From positions 141,858 to 205,857 of the IMG/VR virus record IMGVR_UViG_3300046170_000519: 64,000 nt of DNA, one strand, 5' to 3'. Within the stretch, counting starts at the first letter, position 1; each line of letters starts with the position of its first letter. The notes below the pieces were generated by a model. It did no database searches, was not told the DNA's origin, and saw only the letters and a program-made list of their open reading frames with translations. The translations under genes and the position numbers were made by a program. Of the stretch, positions 62,801 to 64,000 are shown piece after piece.

Positions 62801-64000
62801 AAGCTTCTTGCTTCAGTCTTTCGGCTGTTTCTTGTTTTATTGTATTTAATATTATCTGTTCTTGCTTTGCTGTGTTCGAACCTGCTGCAAGAATTTTTTG
62901 ATATATATTTGAATTGGTTGTTAAAATTTGACTTATTGCAGCTTGTAAACCTTGCTGTCTTTTTGTTTCTGAATTTAATCCGAGAATATCAGAAAAAGCT
63001 TCTTTCGCAAATTTTGTAACAAGACCAAATATTTTTATAAATGCAGCTCCTAAAATTACCATCCCTGGCCCAGTCAGGAAGCTACCAATTCCACTAATTA
63101 AGTTTTTTGCTAAGTTAGATCCACTGTCTTCAGAAAGTATTTCATTAAATTTTTTAGCTAAATTATTTAAAAAAGTAAGAATCTCTTTAAAGTTATCTGA
63201 AAAAGCTATATCCCCAATAGAAGAAGCTAATTCTTTTGCGCTTAAGGATGTTTGAGTGAATAGAGCTGACAGTGTTTTGTTTAACTCCTCATTTCTTTTC
63301 GTCGCTTCATTCGTTGTATTATTAGCCACATTTAAAGCATCATTATAAATGGAGTATCCACTGTTTAGATCTTGTATTAAGGCTTGCAGATTTTGAATTT
63401 GATAAACTCCAGCTAATTGCTCTGCTGTATAAGCTTTTTGACTATCAGAGAGGTTTTTATAAACATTTGCATAATCTAATATTATATCCATACCTCCACG
63501 AAAAGTTCCATCTAAATTTCTTGTAGCTACGCCAATTTCTTCCAAAGCTTCTCTAACCCCGCTTCTTTTTATTCTTGTGAAAATACTTTTAAATCCGTTA
63601 CCTATTACTGATCCACCCCTCGCAGTTCTTTGCTGCACTGCAGTCACAACAGCAGCTAATTCATTAAACTCAACACCTGAAGATTGCGCAACAGCTCCTG
63701 CCCTTGATAAAGCTTCAGCTAAATCAGCTGAAGACACAGCAAAAGCAGCATCAACATTAGCCATTCTATTAACTATCTGGGTGTGAGTTATTCCTTCTTC
63801 ATTAAAAGAATTAATTGCAGCTGTTAAAGTTTCTGTTGATTTTACTGTATCCAACCCTGACAATCTACTAAGTATTAAAGCTGAATTAACTCTAGCTAAA
63901 GTTTCTTCAGCACTTAAACCCTGTCTGGCTAATTCTGTCGCAGATTCCGCCACAGCAGAAAAAGATGTTGCAGTGTTTCTAGCTACATCAAACAATCCTT
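53856..64000 (-). CDS. tail tape measure protein, TP901-like, with large modular insert (start outside the window)
   Basis: TP901-type core LARQG...AVSSADLAEALSRAG...GV.FNELAA...TAR.GSVIGN.FKSIFTRI; Gly/Ala hydrophobic segments at about 56.5-56.8 kb; frame open to the window edge, so the TTG at 63995 is not the true start. Confidence 0.9.
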   Translation of the reverse strand, partial: GLFDVARNTATSFSAVAESATELARQGLSAEETLARVNSALILSRLSGLDTVKSTETLTAAINSFNEEGITHTQIVNRMANVDAAFAVSSADLAEALSRAGAVAQSSGVEFNELAAVVTAVQQRTARGGSVIGNGFKSIFTRIKRSGVREALEEIGVATRNLDGTFRGGMDIILDYANVYKNLSDSQKAYTAEQLAGVYQIQNLQALIQDLNSGYSIYNDALNVANNTTNEATKRNEELNKTLSALFTQTSLSAKELASSIGDIAFSDNFKEILTFLNNLAKKFNEILSEDSGSNLAKNLISGIGSFLTGPGMVILGAAFIKIFGLVTKFAKEAFSDILGLNSETKRQQGLQAAISQILTTNSNIYQKILAAGSNTAKQEQIILNTIKQETAERLKQEALIKRIAASSRLIGVGATDVGFVPMGKRSSRAKGRKTLSLANGFLPAFEKESLDVSRGIGGARKGDKPVKTKIKMRPGQSSDVVVNTGEWIVKNFKNSGADAVFNRDMAKQYGLPNGAKKVNAADGYIPNFSRQKYGQSLSGKTYSYSASKLGGFDGGGSIISQYADLTDVFTGKLNVHRMSHDNDHFKKEANKIVKGNSQIQGLIVRDPKNKDPNLTKYKINPDAVKRIKQTYGDLVKSGSYKGIFKSAENIAKRPYYGKRPYAVHQAFGTLTGKAKGLVGEMESKNYLAKSGFSDIKFTGKNAFMDLTARSKKNKSEKSFETKATTEQNIIVGLKKAASEWLLALTNSQASFNQPKIGIKNNKTDKINLTKGGRTMFSGGINMITPSDTVLRESKITAKKKNSPKDQQTENPLFPHGVNFNYSKGYVPEYVKNLTKGYVPNFSKSGVATQRGFVSVQRVRNLREGKPINLNNEKLTIKDFSSEEQKALLGFKARYNKDVMNNQAIETKRKRNQINTIDASRQATMLVARNNVRQKVDTIHSPKDGNKTRIKYRIEGIKNKSLQGTETKTREKLKNLMLGESKKLASELSGGRFASNNNPITKMANAGSVGSAAGSVFETALSSIGKNKLFSQNNATFDISGFPDKALQSLFGYYTPFADAKIGISQGTKGDFVQKVLKLPDVRQKISETDKQKQQEVSRKTRKEFGPSRKKLPNMSKGFVPNFMVKRPGFGRSSNVYDMNRGKERVLNVRHIRANEGEFGSSIYKKLIKEIESAAKSGRPYTKIDAGSVIGPRIPRALLSAKKILDRKRLSKNIPKMQMEGVFNPVQLRKRVEGFRQENYYRESGKFKTRDQAEYLPGEERKLIKSLRQFGLGRNAHKQDKLVRLENLWIGKNFSKGFIPNYAMRGGIKRVTSIRNIKGIEDPKGNFLFKGKKFKEAKFNTPDWESSKTEWISPKYQRVQGDLKEVESFSKYLSTRSDIPPYVSKNFNKALQKEKQDLEAQKKRDYELGKKIKLGNAGFYERKNYYNNPLPQDRPFKVELKYLKKEKIDDIIQGFKQNFSEGFIPNFESNHLSPQYSNNVINHLSEGYIPNFAKEIGFGLEDHTRQALSKNIGGVSTNMNISVDKEGGILKDGKPINFNNKAIINQIVSNKKVLDFVTKKVNKQLLDAQRYGAGKSLLSRLGFKPTIDIEKQQLGQNLRSVAKNIKLGTNKQTGSVQSLDPSFTIGKALSNGEHTLQLKPQGVKNVITKFGGKGFRGVADASLSNLMSTIAITKKGREGSSGGISLKRLSQNTAMLGKMQAAKKIDIKGSIIEQKDKIKNIYQDIGGSVNQMTARRKDQLANLIQKFNGQSISRKFESLMSKRDEITSSIKTKAEAIKNMPANQASKIKKEILSLRKKQKNIKEQVSRIVNEKTGKIKNAPQSISDSWRNFSERLQVRQRAENTFNKVSNLGKKIFSPTKSSTENPYLSAIERQKRYIKNPLQTERSSKISNKAQFAFNKWVNESSIVKAGKSLIKEPRKTLSKTFSFDKGMKNPYADVDYGISGEKRKIDFSEHFRKAAAFSSRITGLNKIQKSVKETFRGVQVDTGKNYMYLPKKDAEVYSFKNQEIKRSFASNQQSIMDILSGRSSDPSLEQLKRLERNAEEIKIQKKALDSYYRKYAKPQHWAGNKKVIPKETGYVMRGKRIVPKKSFASGFTPSFSRVMRSFSDKQSSFSNLILKNNQQKKVRQGLTGQEFSKLSTRIADFNKKVQASKDGRYMQSRPLVSTDRKQVFKISRRHRLEDLDNIKRFLNSKQFRVLPEETKNKLTYYYNKQKAKISSIKDLDNEYLRHSASPNYRGKIRNFGNGFMPNFALDEAIERETKALKQRGISSNKIKVSKHSKLKNSMNPMGLAVINTVDEPMGVQQGINRSEAKGIDPKTHGVPSFAMTIEEIRERKRQEKFHLEQDRKNGRFLGGSGLINPYTDLDKNQAYELNQRQKEFKKRNAGKKGFSKFVSNIRSPENSQRYKNLKGKSGGLAMGAMFMGPMGAQMIADGRQGPELGGGASLATNALTGLSYGAAFGAPGMIVGGAGGAIKGMAEYGVKEDQSKTFKALAAAKKKLDEEFKDVSKLESFGQSLVDLKNSTEMGDVSGIVSANQQIRDSINSLSDPKQAQRMRELANSSLSTSEKLGILNRTMQDAQKNLTVQDQLIKMGQDLNSDEYSKPNSLVTSSFGSAVQATTAATMSAFGNGTYDFNKRMLKGADPMFGEFAKAKDKGAELNKVIDKEIEIMASDKVIQQLSDGSAGLGGFDLRGLTPEAITAKRQEDLELDAQIAKMENEVANDLRDKTIKTLVELGSNIGDTEVGQSLKKYKGGNETVDNMNRFIKGEDGEFNLAGSALLSELIESQREAAQSVDAYSDAVEKAQDTEMRLKNQKEVLISEYQKFIREQELINNILTKFENNLELASARLEASFQVRNAVNDFKVNGGSRSPDEGIDRRAENEVSKIKADSNLQLKSELINLVSNSMPKAEFEPSDASKSFLQGEGVKAKEKVLTGQAGFAQFFEKSTKESTQAMQDAYTAFLKSNEDGNISLKEIKQFIGKLQVIGGQGNAIAEKAAMMSSLSMQKLAIEIQKAAINRKLERAELGRGRLEGIGGKFLSKEDLKNVADLGEGIDVYRNERTGELLNREFGPRDYVADNTVDTMDEKALSVENARRLAEILGVQQQILTGMSNDEANFVVGIRNLEKVIETFRANNVSPDLIKKMEELKHTAVEDLKAVQAIDESILEQTKLLGEADYTRLEDPMKAVQNELLKQRSEGIKLNNYGEIAQAVGQAVVQSLNNTPKGDQPVPGGNGDGGGGNQPLVESNKLLIETSNRLNETNMLLLENQSILNEQMALFNESVMLNTEGLDTSRTLFEAVNETILSFPQQLTEQLNEVVMKHTVTGDVRFEFNNEAINRNLKPAVKQSVVQALQDPMIIGYLESVLAQRIDKNNILGGQ
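57018..62684 (-). repeat. dispersed peptide motif G[FY]xP[NSAE][FY], 11 copies including variants, inside the tape measure protein
   Basis: Copies near 62670 (GFLPAF), 62420 (GYIPNF), 61520 (GYVPEY), 61480 (GYVPNF), 60640 (GFVPNF), 60100 (GFIPNY), 59605 (GFIPNF), 59530 (GYIPNF), 57710 (GFTPSF), 57250 (GFMPNF) and 57025 (GVPSF). Confidence 0.85.

Noticed and set aside
53764-63786. Short plus-strand ORFs opposite the tape measure gene (and similar ones at 23158-24305, 32140, 34729, 36802, 37963, 39662, 40843-41280, 42213, 43867, 44273, 51317)
   Set aside because: They are fully overlapped by longer genes with recognisable motifs and have no independent features.
1-64000. Stop-codon reassignment
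   Set aside because: Genes pack tightly under the standard code, and TAA, TAG (22899) and TGA (43482) all end genes at sensible boundaries.
53856-64000. Inferring a tail of about 500 nm from tape measure length
   Set aside because: About 1,900 aa appear to be non-ruler insert and the N-terminus is outside the window, so the usual length rule cannot be applied.

Overview
This is a low-GC segment of a large tailed-phage genome (siphovirus-like, TP901-type tape measure protein), mostly encoded on the minus strand. Reading the minus strand from the right: (1) a giant tape measure protein (>3,380 aa, start outside the window), followed by a tail/tip module (44.7-53.8 kb); (2) a small, mostly plus-strand replication/transcription block (dNMP kinase, sigma-like factor, SSB, probable Rad52/Sak-like annealase) with clear sigma70-type promoters; (3) a nucleotide-sugar cluster (NAD-dependent epimerase, phage-type Ugd, two possible glycosyltransferases, a Cj1427-like SDR and an Fcl-like enzyme) interrupted by nrdA; (4) four Thr-Gln/Thr-Glu repeat proteins with shuffled Cys-containing end domains. 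One of these four spans about 20.7 kb (about 6,900 codons) and has six frame disruptions as assembled; the 319-aa ORF at 2222-3181 is really its C-terminus. A LysM protein missed by the ORF track lies at the left edge. Nearly all plus-strand ORFs between 3.8 and 30.4 kb are shadows of the repeats. The two best candidates for undescribed biology are (a) a tape measure protein carrying about 1,900 aa of basic cargo modules, two with PD-(D/E)xK-like motifs, separated by about 11 copies of a G[FY]xPN[FY]-like motif, and (b) a possible phage mucin-like glycoprotein system (Thr-rich spacers next to sugar-synthesis and glycosyltransferase genes). No tRNA, rRNA, CRISPR array or mobile element was recognised. 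All protein family calls are from motif recognition, not database searches.
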